Shown here one piece after another: positions 51,501-64,000 of a DNA stretch of 64,000 nt. The notes under the pieces are model-generated. The model did no database searches. It was given only the letters and a program-made list of their open reading frames with translations, and had not been told where the DNA came from. Each line of letters starts with the position of its first letter. Positions within the stretch are counted from its first letter, which is position 1. The stretch is from Phyllosticta citribraziliensis (lineage: Eukaryota): contig NW_027117340.1 in the NCBI RefSeq assembly GCF_038025025.1, positions 806,001-870,000 of the forward strand. Reading direction: 5' to 3'. The position numbers and the translations under genes were made by a program.

Positions 51501-54100
51501 TTATAGCCTTAAGCTGTTCTAGAGATATTCTATAGAGAGGGCTAGGTGGAAGCTCTAGTAGACTATTATATATAAGAGATATTTTATAATCAACTCCTGT
51601 GTGATATGGTAGTAGCTTGTTAGACTCTATTTTAGAAAACACATCTTAAAATTCCTTATAAGTAGCTAGTAGCTTAGAAGCTAATAATTCCTTAGTTTCT
51701 TTATCTTTAAGAGCTGCTTAAACTTGTATAAGGTTAATAGTATAGATCTCTATTAGCGCAACTTGTATTTTATAGATAGAAAGCTTAAAAGCATTTTAAG
51801 TTTAAAATTCAATTCCCTTAATAACCTATACTAAGGGAAGAAGGTGTTTATTAAAGTTTTTATCTCTATAGTCTATATCTACTTAATGTTCTTTCTGCAG
51901 TTTATTACTTTACATAGAGACTTTTAGTAGGCGTAAAAGATACTAAAAGGATTAGTTAACTAGTAGCTATCTCTAGACTAGTTTACATCGTTTATAGTCT
52001 AGAAGAACATTATGCTGGTTAAAAAACTATTACCTAAGAATCATGTTATTACAGCTAATATTATAAATAAAAGCATAAGTAGAAACCATTTAATCTTAGA
52101 AATAGAGTTAAAGATAAAAGTAAAAATTAACTTTCTTATTTATGCGTCGGTTAAACCTAGTAATATTAAGCCCTTTACCTATTATTCTCTTTTTTATAGC
52201 ACCTATAGACTGGAGAGTCAGTAGTAGCTTAGGGTAAATAAAACTTATACTACTAGTGCTAGTATTAGCTAGGGCATGAATTTCTAAGGCACGGCTATTA
52301 GATATAATTAAGGTTTATATAGTAAAGGGTACACCTCTAATAAAGTAACTAAGATTTATATAAGAACCTTTAATGTATATTGCTCTAAGTTTAGACCTAA
52401 GGCAGGAGACTTTACCTAGGCCTTATTATTTTCTAATAAAGACTGATCTCCTTTATTTATATAGACATCTTTAGCACTTTCTTCTTTAACTAACTCTATT
52501 GCCTTTATCTCTAGTTGTAGGCATTGTCTCTATAAATAGCTAAACTGGCTGTAGTAATTACACGGTCTAATCTCTATATAGACTTCTACTTTGCCTTTAT
52601 AGGTTGTATTATATAAGGGAGCCCTAGATATAGATCGCGCCTAAGTATAACTAGAAGATAAAGTACTTATACTGCCTAAGGCAGTTATCTTTACTTGTTC
52701 TTATTATCTCTTCTTTACTTAATCCTTATACGACGTGAGTGTTAGTTTTCCGCGATTAGAATAGTAGTTACTAAGACTTTAAGTAATAGGGTAGGCTTAT
52801 TAGAGGTACTTATAAAAGTTAATATCCTTATCTTACTCTATAGTGACCATATAGGTTTAAAGGAGAGGATCTATTATATTATAAAAGTCCTCTTTCTACT
52901 ATTCCTAGGAAAGATCTGTATCTAAGGCTAATTATATAAAGTTTAATTAAAACTTCTAAAGGTCTATAGGAATATAGTATATAAGAGAGCGTAACTACTT
53001 CTTTATATCCTTATATTTATATAGACTCTAGAGGAGGTTATCTAGGAATTTAAAGATGTCCTTATCTAGAGTGACTTTATTAGCCTTTATATAAGAAGTA
53101 AGAAAAGGAGTTAGGTGATATGAGACTTCTCTACTAATATAGGAAATAATATAACCTATAATGTTCTATTTAGTCTCCTCTGCTGTATCCTTAGTAAAGT
53201 GATCATGGTTTTATTTGATTTTATTTTATATAAGGAGGGTCTAGTATTTATATAAGGGGTCTTTTCTATTAGTGAGAAGAGGAGGATTAGGAACCTTACT
53301 ACTTTAGTATTTCTTACTACTTAAAGATAAAGTAGAGGTTTTAGTAGTAGTTTCCCTTATATAGGTTAGAGGAGGTCTGAGAGTCCTTATTACTCTACTA
53401 GTAGAAGGATCTTAAGAGAGGGTAATAGGTCTTAGGTACTAAGCTAATAAAGAGGGCCTAATATATCCTTCCCTTAAGGCTTCCCTTAGTCTATTAGCAT
53501 AGTTTAAGAGTATTTACTTAAGAGCCTAGTTCTGCCTTTGCGCGCGGTTTAGTTGCTACTGCACTTAAGACTTGTTTAAGGATGCAATCTTAGATTTAAA
53601 TTAATTAATATCTAAGCGTGGTACCTTTATAAACGCCTCTATGACTAGAGCTTAAACAGTATAAGTTGACCCTAGGTCTTAGGTATATTCTTTTACCTCT
53701 ACTACTAGGACTAAGTAGAAATTATATAGGAGAATAGGGATAGGTCCTCTCTTATTATTATTTAATAAGTATCTAGTATTACGCGAATCTTTAGTCTCTT
53801 TACGCGAATCTTGTCAAGTTGATTAACTAGTACTAACACCTTTAGTAGTACTAGATATATCAGCTTTATTCTTAGCCATACTGTCTTTATAGTCTTCTAC
53901 TTAGAATGTTCTTTAAGTAGGTTATAGATAGGACACCTCCTAAATATTTATACACTGCCCTATAGCCTTAATTAAAGACTTCTATAGTTAATACGTGCTT
54001 AATGCTCCTTAGTCCTTAGATAACACTGATGCGCCTAATAAAGATAACTTAGGTTTACTAGGGAAAAGTAATAAGCGGTCTTATATAAGACTATAGCTAT
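48590..54100 (-). pseudogene. RIP-inactivated gag-pol of A4
   Basis: Same motif order as A2. CCHC at ~52520-52567, DTG at ~52258-52268, FxDD at ~51085-51097. Confidence 0.9.
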
Positions 54101-54187
54101 ATATAATGTTACTTAGGTTGAATATTATAATACCTTTATAGGTAAAGAAGTAGGATAGAGCTGAAACTTAGAATAATCTTTTATATC

Positions 54188-54610
54188 TATTACAACTTAT
54201 AGATTTCTTATTATATAGGTAAGGGCTAAAGGTAAACTGCTAGAGAATATATATATATCTTAATTAAATCTAATAAGTTAAAAGAATAAAATATAAAAGA
54301 TACTTACTACCTATATATTTCCTGGTCCTTCCTTTATACTATTCTACCTCTTATCCTTTATATAAGGGTCCTTAGTTATTATTAGGTAAGTTGTAAAGGT
54401 GAGGTGTTAATAGGCTGTTGCGTGGTATCTGCCTAGGGCTGTAGTGGCTGGTGCCAGGCTGTAGTGGCTGGTACTAGCCTGCAGGTTTCAGCCTAAGCTG
54501 TAGCGGGCTGCTGCCTAAGGTGAGGCTTGTGCTTCTTATAACCGCATGATGCTAGGTTTGTCTGTGCTGGCCCTAGTACTTATATAGGCGCGTATATGCC
54601 TATCGTGACA
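54188..54610 (-). repeat. 5' LTR of A4 (423 bp)
   Basis: Ends CGTGACA, followed by TSD CTCTT. Confidence 0.95.
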
Positions 54611-57381
54611 CTCTTAAAGATAAGGAAACTAAGGAATTACTAGCTTCTAAGCTACTAGCTACTTATAAGGAATTTTAAGATATATTTTCTAAAATAGAGT
54701 CTAATAAGCTACTACTATATTATATAGGGGTTAATTATAAAATATCTCTTATATATAATAGTCTACTAGAGCTTCTACTAAGTCCTCTCTATAGAATATC
54801 TCTAGAGCAGCTTAAGGCTGTAAAAGAGTATATTATTAAGAATATTTAGAAAGGCTTTATTACTAAAAGCTTTACTACCTATACTTCTCCTATTCTAGTA
54901 GTAAAAAAGCCTAGTAGGGGATAGAGATTCTATATAGACTACTAATAGCTTAATAAATAAACTGCTAAGGATTTATACCCCCTCCCTCTTATTATAGAGT
55001 TACTTTAGCGCATTAGAAAGGGCAAGATTTATACTAAGCTTAATATTTAATAAGCTTTCTACTATATTTATCTTACTAAGGATTCTAAAGATAAGACTAC
55101 CTTCTATATAAGATATAGCTTATTTAAATACTATATCTTACTATTTAGATTAAGTAACAGACCTATAGCCTTTTAATATTTTATTAACCAGGTTCTCTTT
55201 AAGTATTTAGATGATTTTATTATGGCTTTTATAGATAATATACTTATTATCTCTAAAGACCCTATAGAGTATAAGGAATAAGTAAAAAAAGTACTAGTAA
55301 GACTATAAAAAGTAGGACTATAGGTAGATTTAAAGAAGAGTAAGTTTTTAGTTACTTATATAAAGTTTCTTAGATATATTATTTCTACAGAAGGTATTTA
55401 AATAGACCTAGATAAGGTGGAACCTATATAAAACTAGCTAATACTAAAAACCCTTAAAGCTCTTTAATCCTTCCTAGGTTTCTATAATTTCTACTAATAA
55501 TTTCTCCTTAATTATAGATAAATTAGCTGGCTATTAGAGAAACTATACTCTAAGGTAAAATAGTAATAACTAAGACCCCTAGAAGAAGAGGTAATTTAAT
55601 AACTTAAGAAGCTAATATATAGTAATGTACTTCTAGCTAACTATAACCCTACTCTTAATACTTATATAGAGACTAATATAAGTAATAGAGTTACTGCTAG
55701 TATCTTGACACAGCTCTAGTAACCTTTATATAATTAGAAACTAGTAGTATTCTACTCTAAGGTAATAGTGGATGTAGAACTTTATTATAGAATTTTAGAT
55801 AAAGAACTACTAGCTATTAAGAATAGACTAGAAGAATAGAGACTAATACTTATTAGCCTTAAAAAACCTTTTCTTATAATTATAGACTATTAGGTATTAG
55901 AGTACTACTCTACTAAATAACAACTTAATTAATAATAAGCTAGATGGTCTAAGTTTTTTATAGAGTTCTATATATAATTCTCCTATTAACTAGGAAAGGA
56001 AAATATTATCACTAATTACCTTACTTAAAAATAAGAAGATTTAAAGACTTAGAAAGAAAAAGTAAAGGCTATATAAGAGATATACCTTATCCTACTAGAG
56101 ACTATTATCCCTCTTTCTATTTTAGAATAAGAACTTCCTCCTCTAGTATTATTTTTAGATAAACTCCTCTATATAAACTAGGAAGATTCTAAATTAGAAC
56201 TCTAGAGATAGAAAGCCCTCTTAAAAGACCTTAAATAAAGAAATAGTTAGGAACTAAAAGATGGTCTTTTACTATAATATAGTACCCTCTTTATACCAGA
56301 TTATAATAACCTCTATATAAGAATACTTAATACTTTATATACTACCTATATAACTGCCTATTCTAGTATTATAAAGATATAAAAACTCCTTAAGTAATAT
56401 TACTACTAGCTAGCTATAAATTATATAGTTAATATTTATAGGTGAGGATACTATATTTACCGCTAAATAAAGGAGTTTTATAATAAAGACCTAGGCCTTC
56501 TATAACCCCTAGAGATTCCTACTCAACCCTAGTAATACTTAGCTATAGATTTTAAAGAGATGCCTAAGGACTAAAAAGGCTATAATATAATTCTAGTTAT
56601 TATAGACTAGTTAAGTTAAAGAACCTTTAGCTTACCTTATATAAAGAAGATTAATACTAAAGGAGTCTCTAAGCTTTTTTATAAATATATCTACTATATT
56701 TATAGAAACCCTAAGTCTATCCTATCTAACTAAGGCCCTTAGTTCATCTTAGCATTTATAAATAAACTATATAAGCTAACTAGTATAGAGCAGCATTTTA
56801 ACTCATCCTACTACTCTTAAACTAATAGTATTATAGAGATTATTAATCAGTATCTTATATAAAGATTAAGACCTTTTATTAATTACTTTTAAAATAATTA
56901 GTCTAATCTTCTACTATTAATAGACCTCATACAAGTAACACTTCTCTATAAAGCTACTAGACTTTTACCTTTTAAGATTAAGTTAGGATATTCCCCTTAA
57001 ATACACTATAACTAGTAATAAAGAACTAAGACCCCCTAGTAACTAGAGAAGATAGCTTATATAGTAGCATAAATATTATAAAAGAGAAGATAAGAAGCTT
57101 TTAAATTTATAAAGAATCTTATTCTTAAATCCTAAGAGTATATATACTAATAAGCTAATAAATACCGTTACGCACTAGACTTTATAGTTAGAGATTATAT
57201 CTATATTAAGAAAATAGGATAGTCTACTAATTAGCTAAACCTTAAATTAGACTTTCCTAATACTAGACCTTTTAAGATTATAGGAATAGAAGGATCCTCC
57301 TATATCCTTAATCTTCTCTTATATATAAAGATAGTTAACCTTTTCTATACTAATAGGCTATATAAGGCTAAAATAGAATAG
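54611..57381 (+). pseudogene. Family A copy A3, segment 2 (RT, RNase H, integrase)
   Basis: Resumes exactly where 46377 stops (compare the uninterrupted 60241-60260). Interrupted again by A5 just before the chromodomain. Confidence 0.92.
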
Positions 57382-57804
57382 TATTATAATAGGTATACAC
57401 GCACCTACGCGAGTACTAGGGCCAGCACAGACGAACCTAGTATTATATAGTTATAGGAAGCACAAGCCTCACCTTAGGTAGCAGCCTACTATAGCTTAGG
57501 CTAAAACCTGCAGGCTAGTACTAGCTACTATAGCCTGGTACTAGCCACTATAGCCTTAGGAAGATACTATGTAACAGCCTATTAATACCTTACCTTTATA
57601 ACTTACCTAATAATGACTAAGGACCCTTATATAAAGGATAAGAGGTAGAATAGTATAAAGGAAGGACTAGGAAATATATAGGTAGTAAGTATCTTTTATA
57701 TTTTATTCTTTTAACTTATTAGATTTAATTAAGATATATACGCATTCTCTAGCAGTTTACCTTTAGCCCTTACCTATATAATAAGAAATCTATAAGTTAT
57801 AATA
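57382..57804 (+). repeat. 5' LTR of A5 (423 bp)
   Basis: Matches 43512-43934. Confidence 0.94.
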
Positions 57805-60800
57805 GATATAAAAGATTATTCTAAGTTTTAGCTCTATCCTACTTCTTTACCTATAAAGGTGTTATAATATTTAACCTAAGTAATATTATATATAGCTATA
57901 GTCTTATATAAGACTACTTATTACTTTTCCTTAGTAAACCTAAGTTGTCTTTATTAGGCGCATTAGTATTATCTAAGGACTAAGGAGCATTAAGCACGTA
58001 TTAACTATAGAAGTCTTTAGTTAAGGCTATAGGGCAGTATATAAATATCTAGGAGGTATCCTATCTATAACCTACTTAAGGGACATTCTAAGTAGAAGAC
58101 TATAAAGATAGTATAGCTAAGAATAAAGCTAATATATCTAGCACTACTAAAGGTGTTAGTACTAGTTAATTAACTTAATAAGATTCACATAAAGGGACTA
58201 AAGATTTATATAATACTAGATACTTATTAAATAATAATAAGAGGGGACCTACCCCTATTCTCCTATATAATTTCTACTTAGTCCTAGTAGCAGAGGTAAA
58301 AGAATATACCTAAGACCTAGGGTCAACTTATATAGTTTAAGCTCTAGTTATAGAGGCGTTTATAAAGGTACTATACTTAGATATTAATTAATTTAAATCT
58401 AAGATTACATCCTTAAATAAGTCTTAAGTATAGCAGCAACTAAACCGCGCGTAAAGGTAGAACTAGGCTCTTAAGTAAATACTCTTAAACTATACTAATA
58501 GGCTTAGGGAAGTTCTAAGGGAAGGACATATTAGGCCCTCTTTATTATCTTAGCACCTAAGACCTATTACCCTCTCTTAAGATCCTCCTACCTATATAAG
58601 GGAAACTACTACTAAAACCTCTACTTTATCTTTAAGTAGTAAGAAATACTAAAGTAGTAAGGTTCCTAATCCTCCTCTTCTTACTAATAGAGAAGACCCC
58701 TTATATAAATACTAGACCCTCCTTATATAAAATAAAATCAAATAAAACCACGATTACTTTACTAAGGATATAGTAGAGGAGACTAAATAGAATATTACAG
58801 GTTATATTATTTCCTATATTAGTAGAGAAGTCTTATATTACCTAACTCCTTTTCTTACTTCTTATATAAAGGCTAATAAAGTCACTCTAGATAAGGATAT
58901 CTTTAAATTCCTAGATAACCTCCTCTAGAGTCTATATAAATATAAGGATATAAAGAAGTAGTTATACTCTCTTATATACTATATTCCTATAGACCTTTAG
59001 AAGTTTTAATTAAACTTTATATAATTAGCCTTAGATATAGATCTTCCCTAAGAATAGTAGAAAGAGGACTTTTATAATATAATAGATCCTCTCCTCTAAA
59101 CCTATATAGTTACTATAGAGTAAGATAAGGATATTAACTTTTATAAGTACCTCTAATAAGCCTACCCTATTACTTAAAGTCTTAGTAACTACTATTCTAA
59201 CTATAGAAAACCAACACTTATATCGCGCGAGGAATAAGTAAAGAAGAGATAATAAAAAAGAGTAAAGATAACTACCTTAAGTAGTATAAGTGCTTTATCT
59301 TCTAGTCATGCCTAGGCGCGATCTATATCTAGGGCTCCCTTATATAATATAACCTATAAAGGTAAAGTAGAAGTCTATATAGAGATTAGACCGTATAATT
59401 ACTATAGCTAGTTTAGCCATTTATAGAGGCAATACCTATAACTAGAGATAAAGGTAATAGAGTTAGTAGAAGAAGAAAGCGCTAAAGATATCTATATAAA
59501 TAAAGGAGATTAGTCTTTATTAGAAAATAATAAGACCTAGGTAAAGTCTCCTACCTTAGGTCTAAACTTAGAGCAATATATATTAAAGGTTCTTATATAA
59601 ATCTTAGTTACTTTATTAGAGGTATACCCTTTACCGTATAAACCTTAATTATATCTAATAGCCGCGCCTTAGAAATTCGTGCCCTAGCTAATACTAGTAC
59701 TAGTAGTATAAGTTTTATTTACCCTAAGCTACTACTAACTCTCCAGTCTATAGGTGCTATAAAAAAGAGAATAATAGGTAAAGGGCTTAATATTACTAGG
59801 TTTAACTAATATATAAATAAGAAAGTTAATTTTTACTTTTATCTTTAACTCTATTTCTAAGATTAAATAGTTTCTACTTATACTTTTATTTACAATATTA
59901 GCCGCAATAATATAATTCTTAGGTAATAGTTTTTTAACCAGCACGACGTCCTCCTAGACTATAAATAACATAAACTAGTCTAGAGACAGCCACTAGTTAA
60001 CTAGTCTTTTTAGCATCTTTTATAACTACTAAAAATCTCCGTGCAAAGCAAAGAACCACAGAAAAAATACTAAGTAGATATAGACTATAGAGATAAAAAA
60101 TTTAATAAACGCCTCCTTCCCTTAGTATAGGTTATTAAGGGAATTAAATTCTAAACTTAAGATGTATTTAAGCTTTCTATTTATAAAATACAAGTTGTAC
60201 TAATAGAGATCTATACTATTAACCTTATACAAGTTTAAGCGGCTCTTAAAGATAAGGAAACTAAGGAATTAATAGCTTCTAAGCTACTAGCTACTTATAA
60301 GGAATTTTAAGATGTGTTTTCTAAAATAGAGTCTAATAAGCTACTACCATATTATATAGGGGTTAATTATAAAATATCTCTTATATATAATAGTCTACTA
60401 GAGCTTCTACCTAGTCCTCTCTATAGAATATCTCTAGAGCAGCTTAAGGCTGCAAAAGAGTATATTATTAAGAATATTTAGAAAGGCTTTATTATAGAGA
60501 GCTTTACTACCTATGCTTCTCCTATTCTTATAGTAAAAAAGCCTAGTAGGGGATGGAGATTCTATATAGACTACTAATAGCTTAATAAATAAACTACTAA
60601 GGATTTATACCCCCTCCCTCTTATTATAGAGTTACTTTAGCGCATTAGAAAGGGCAAGATTTATACCAAGCTTAATATTTAATAAGCTTTCTACTACATT
60701 TATCTTACTAAGGATTCTAAAGATAAAACCACCTTCTATATAAGATATAGGTTATTTAAATACTATATCTTACTATTTAGATTAAGTAATAGACCTATAG

Positions 60801-63800
60801 CCTTTTAACATTTTATTAACCAGGTTCTCTTTAAGTATTTAGATGATTTTATTATAGCTTTTATAGACAACATACTTATTATCTCTAAAAACCCTATAGA
60901 GTATGAGGAATAAGTAAAAAAAGTACTAGTAAGACTATAAAAAGTAGGACTATAGGTAGATTTAAAGAAGAGTAAGTTTTTAGTTACTTATATAAAGTTT
61001 CTTAGATATATTGTTTCTATAGAAGGCATTTAAATAGACCTAGATAAGGTAGAACCTATATAAAACTAGCTAATATTAAAAACCCTTAAAGCTCTTTAAT
61101 CCTTCCTAGGTTTCTATAATTTCTACTAATAATTTCTCCCTAACTATAGATAAATTAGCTAACTATTAGAGAAACTATACTCTAAGGTAAAATAGTAATA
61201 ACTAGGACCCCTAGAAGAAGAGGTAATTTAGTAACTTAAGAAGCTAATATATAGTAATACACTCCTAGCTAACTATAACCCTACTCTTAATACTCACATA
61301 GAGACTAATATAAGTAATAGAGTTACTATAGGCATTTTAATGCAGCTCTAATAACCTTTATATAATTAGAAACTAGTAGCCTTCTACTCTAAGGTAATAG
61401 CAGATATAGAACTTTATTATAGAATTTTAGATAAAGAACTGCTAGCTATTAAGAATAGACTAGAAGAATAGAGACTAATACTTATTAGCCTTAAAAAACC
61501 TTTTCTCATAATTATAGACTATTAGGTATTAGAGTACTACTCTACTAAATAATAACTTAATTAATAACAAGCTAGATAGTCTAAGTTTTTTATAGAATTC
61601 TATATATAATTCTCCTATTAACTAGGAAAGGAAAATATTATTACTAATTACCTTACTTAAAAATAAGAAGACCTAAAGACTTAAAAAGAAAAAGTAAGGG
61701 CTATATAAGAGATGTACCTTATCTTACTAGAGACTATTATTCCTCTTTCTATTTTAGAATAAGAACTTCCTCCTTTAGTATTATTTTTAGATAAACTCCT
61801 CTATATAAACTAGGAAGATTCTAAATTAGAACTCTAGAGATAGAAAGCCCTCTTAAAAGACCTTAAATAAAGAAATAGTTAGGAACTAAAAGATGGTCTT
61901 TTACTATAATATAGTACCCTCTTTATACTAGATTGCAATAACCTCCGTACGAGAATACTTAATACTTTATATACTACCTATATAACTACCTATCTTAGTA
62001 TTATAAAGATATAAAAACTCCTTAAGTAATATTACTACTAGCTAGCTATAAATTACACGATTAATATTTATAGGTAAGGATGCTATATTTACTACTAAAT
62101 AAAAGAGTTTTATAATAAAGACCTAGGCCTTCTATAACCCCTAGAGATTCCTACTTGACCCTAGTAATACTTAGCTATAGATTTTAAAGAGATACCTAAA
62201 GACTAAAAGGGCTATAATATAATCCTAGTTATTATAGACTAGTTAAGTTAAAGAACCTTTAGTTTACCTTATATAAAAAAGATTAATACTAAAGGAGTCT
62301 CTAGGCTCTTTTATAAATATATCTACTATATTTATAGAAACCCTAAGTCTATCCTATCTAACTAAGGCCCTTAGTTTATCTCAGCGTTTATAAATAAACT
62401 ATATAAGCTAACTAGTATAGAGTAGCATTTTAACTTATCCTACTACTCTTAAACTAATAGTATTATAGAGATTATTAATCAGCATCTTATATAAAGATTA
62501 AGACCTTTTATTAATTACTTTTAAAATGATTAGTCTAATCTTCTACTATTAATAGACCTTATACAAGTAATACTTCCCTATAAAGCTACTAGACTTTTAC
62601 CTTTTAAGATTAAGTTAGGATATTCCCCTTAAATGTACTATAACTAGTAATAAAGAACTAAGACCCCCTAGTAACTAGAGAAGATAGCTCGTATAGTAGT
62701 ATAAATACTATAAAAGAGAAGATAAGAAGCTTTTAAATTTATAAAGAATCTTATTCTTAAATCCTAAGAGCATATATACTAATAAGCTAATAAATACCAT
62801 CGCGCGCTAGACTTTATAGTTAGAGATTATATCTATATTAAGAAAATAGGATGGTCTACTAATTAGCTAAACCTTAAATTAGACTTTCCTAATACTAGAC
62901 CTTTTAAGATTATAGGAATAGAAGGATCCTCCTATATCCTTAATCTTCTCTTATATATAAAGATAGTTAACCTTTTCTATACTAATAGGCTATATAAGGC
63001 TGAAATGGAACAGCTTCCTAGTTAGGAATATACTAAACCTAAACCTAAGATTATTTAAGATAAGCCTAAGTGGGAAGTAGACTATATTTAAGCTAGTTAA
63101 GTCTTATATAGGAAGCTTTAATACTAAGTTAAATAGACTAGATATAACTAAGATGACTAGTAGTATAATATAAGTTCTTTTAGTAGCGCGCCGTAGAAAA
63201 TTAAAGAATTCTACTTATTATACCCTGTTATAGTAGGACTACTAAAAAATCTAGAAAAATAGAAGGCTGCCTTCCTCTAAGAAGAACTATAGATTAAAAT
63301 AGAAAGTAATAATAAAATAAGTTACTTAGGCCTATAGTAAATATTATAAAGATATAGAAAGTAGACTAATTAGTTTACTATCTACCCTTATATAAATACT
63401 ATTAATCTTAACTTCTACTCTCTAGTCTCTCCTTTTTACTACTTATTTCCTACTATCCTCTTCTTTAATTTCTACCCTTTACTTCTTTCCTTTTCCCTTC
63501 TTCTTATTATAATAGTTATTATATAAGACTATCTCCTCTAGATCCTCTAGCTTATTAGGTAGGATATCCTACTTAGCTAAAGCCTAATTAGTTTAATCCT
63601 CTAACCTAGCTTAGTAGTATAAGTTCTAGAACTCCTCTATATAAATTTTATCTTTATGCCTCTTATAATAAGCAGGCGGCTTAGTACCCTTTAAGTCACT
63701 TATAGTGTAGTTAAGGTTACCTATACCTTAAAGGTAGTTAGTATAGCAGCCCTATAAGAAACCAGGCAGGTAGTAATAACTAATAAACGCGCGAGTGTTA

Positions 63801-64000
63801 GTATTATTATAATACTTAGTATAGCTAATAGGGTTATTAATTCTAGTATACTAGATAAGAAAAGCATCGCGTAAGCTAGCTTAAGTTTTAACTAATAAGT
63901 AGTTAAATTACTAAGTAGAAACTATAATATATAAGTAAGGTATGCTATTACCTAAGGCCAAGATATACTTAGTACGCTCTTATACTTTAGAACTACTAAG
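57382..64000 (+). mobile_element. Family A copy A5 (5' LTR, gag-pol, start of the antisense ORF region; truncated by the window end)
   Basis: LTR at 57382-57804. De-RIP DTG at 59690-59698 and FxDD at 60860-60871. Chromodomain at ~63065-63230. Cys motif on minus at ~63702-63868. Left flank AATAG is the predicted TSD. Confidence 0.93.

Larger units (their letters stand above)
46378..54610 (-). mobile_element. Full-length family A copy A4, 8233 bp, TSD CTCTT (appears the least RIPed copy)
   Basis: 423-bp LTRs at 46378-46800 and 54188-54610. CTCTT at 46373-46377 and 54611-54615. PPT at 46801-46812. Confidence 0.96.
1..64000. other. RIP-degenerated AT-rich heterochromatin-like block made of nested LTR retrotransposons (ascomycete fungus)
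   Basis: Pervasive TpA/TAG/TAA with scarce CpA/TpG. Homologous copies differ by transitions only (e.g. LTR 'ataaccgcgcgacgctggg' vs 'ataactatataatactagg'). No ORF over 100 aa in the track. Confidence 0.95.

Noticed and set aside
43512..57381. Large inverted repeats as TIRs of a DNA transposon or as an assembly artefact
   Set aside because: Explained by antiparallel nested A copies with an exact CTCTT TSD and copy-specific RIP mutations.
1..64000. Alternative genetic code or organellar/AT-rich bacterial DNA, given the many in-frame TAA/TAG
   Set aside because: The stops vary between copies (e.g. caa/taa, cag/tag, tgg/tag), as expected from RIP of nuclear repeats.

Overview
The whole 64 kb is a gene-free, very AT-rich block of fungal repeat DNA with the signature of Repeat-Induced Point mutation (RIP): strong TpA excess, CpA/TpG depletion, and copies differing almost only by C>T and G>A. 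It resolves into two nests of Ty3/Gypsy (chromovirus-type) LTR retrotransposon relics. Four insertions are confirmed by paired LTRs and exact 5-bp target-site duplications (TAAGA, TCTAA, GTATC, CTCTT). Left nest: a family-A' element (+, 5561-34668) is interrupted by a full-length family-A copy (6178-14415, -), element C (14803-23961, +) and element D (24042-30574, -). It is preceded by a remnant, E, that probably hosts another A copy (1-3612). Right nest: element F (from 35671, +) hosts an A copy (from 43512, +), which in turn hosts two more A copies (46378-54610, -; 57382 to the window end, +). No intact protein-coding gene is present; the five ORFs in the track are antisense artefacts. Most notable: between the integrase/chromodomain and the 3' LTR, families A/A' and F each carry an antisense ORF relic with a DUF3716-like Cys motif. 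Element C instead carries a ~860-codon sense ORF relic with a Gln-rich tail, plus a C2H2 zinc finger before its protease. Three families show Tf1-like self-priming PBS complementarity. All protein readings are manual de-RIP interpretations, not database results, and internal domain boundaries are approximate.
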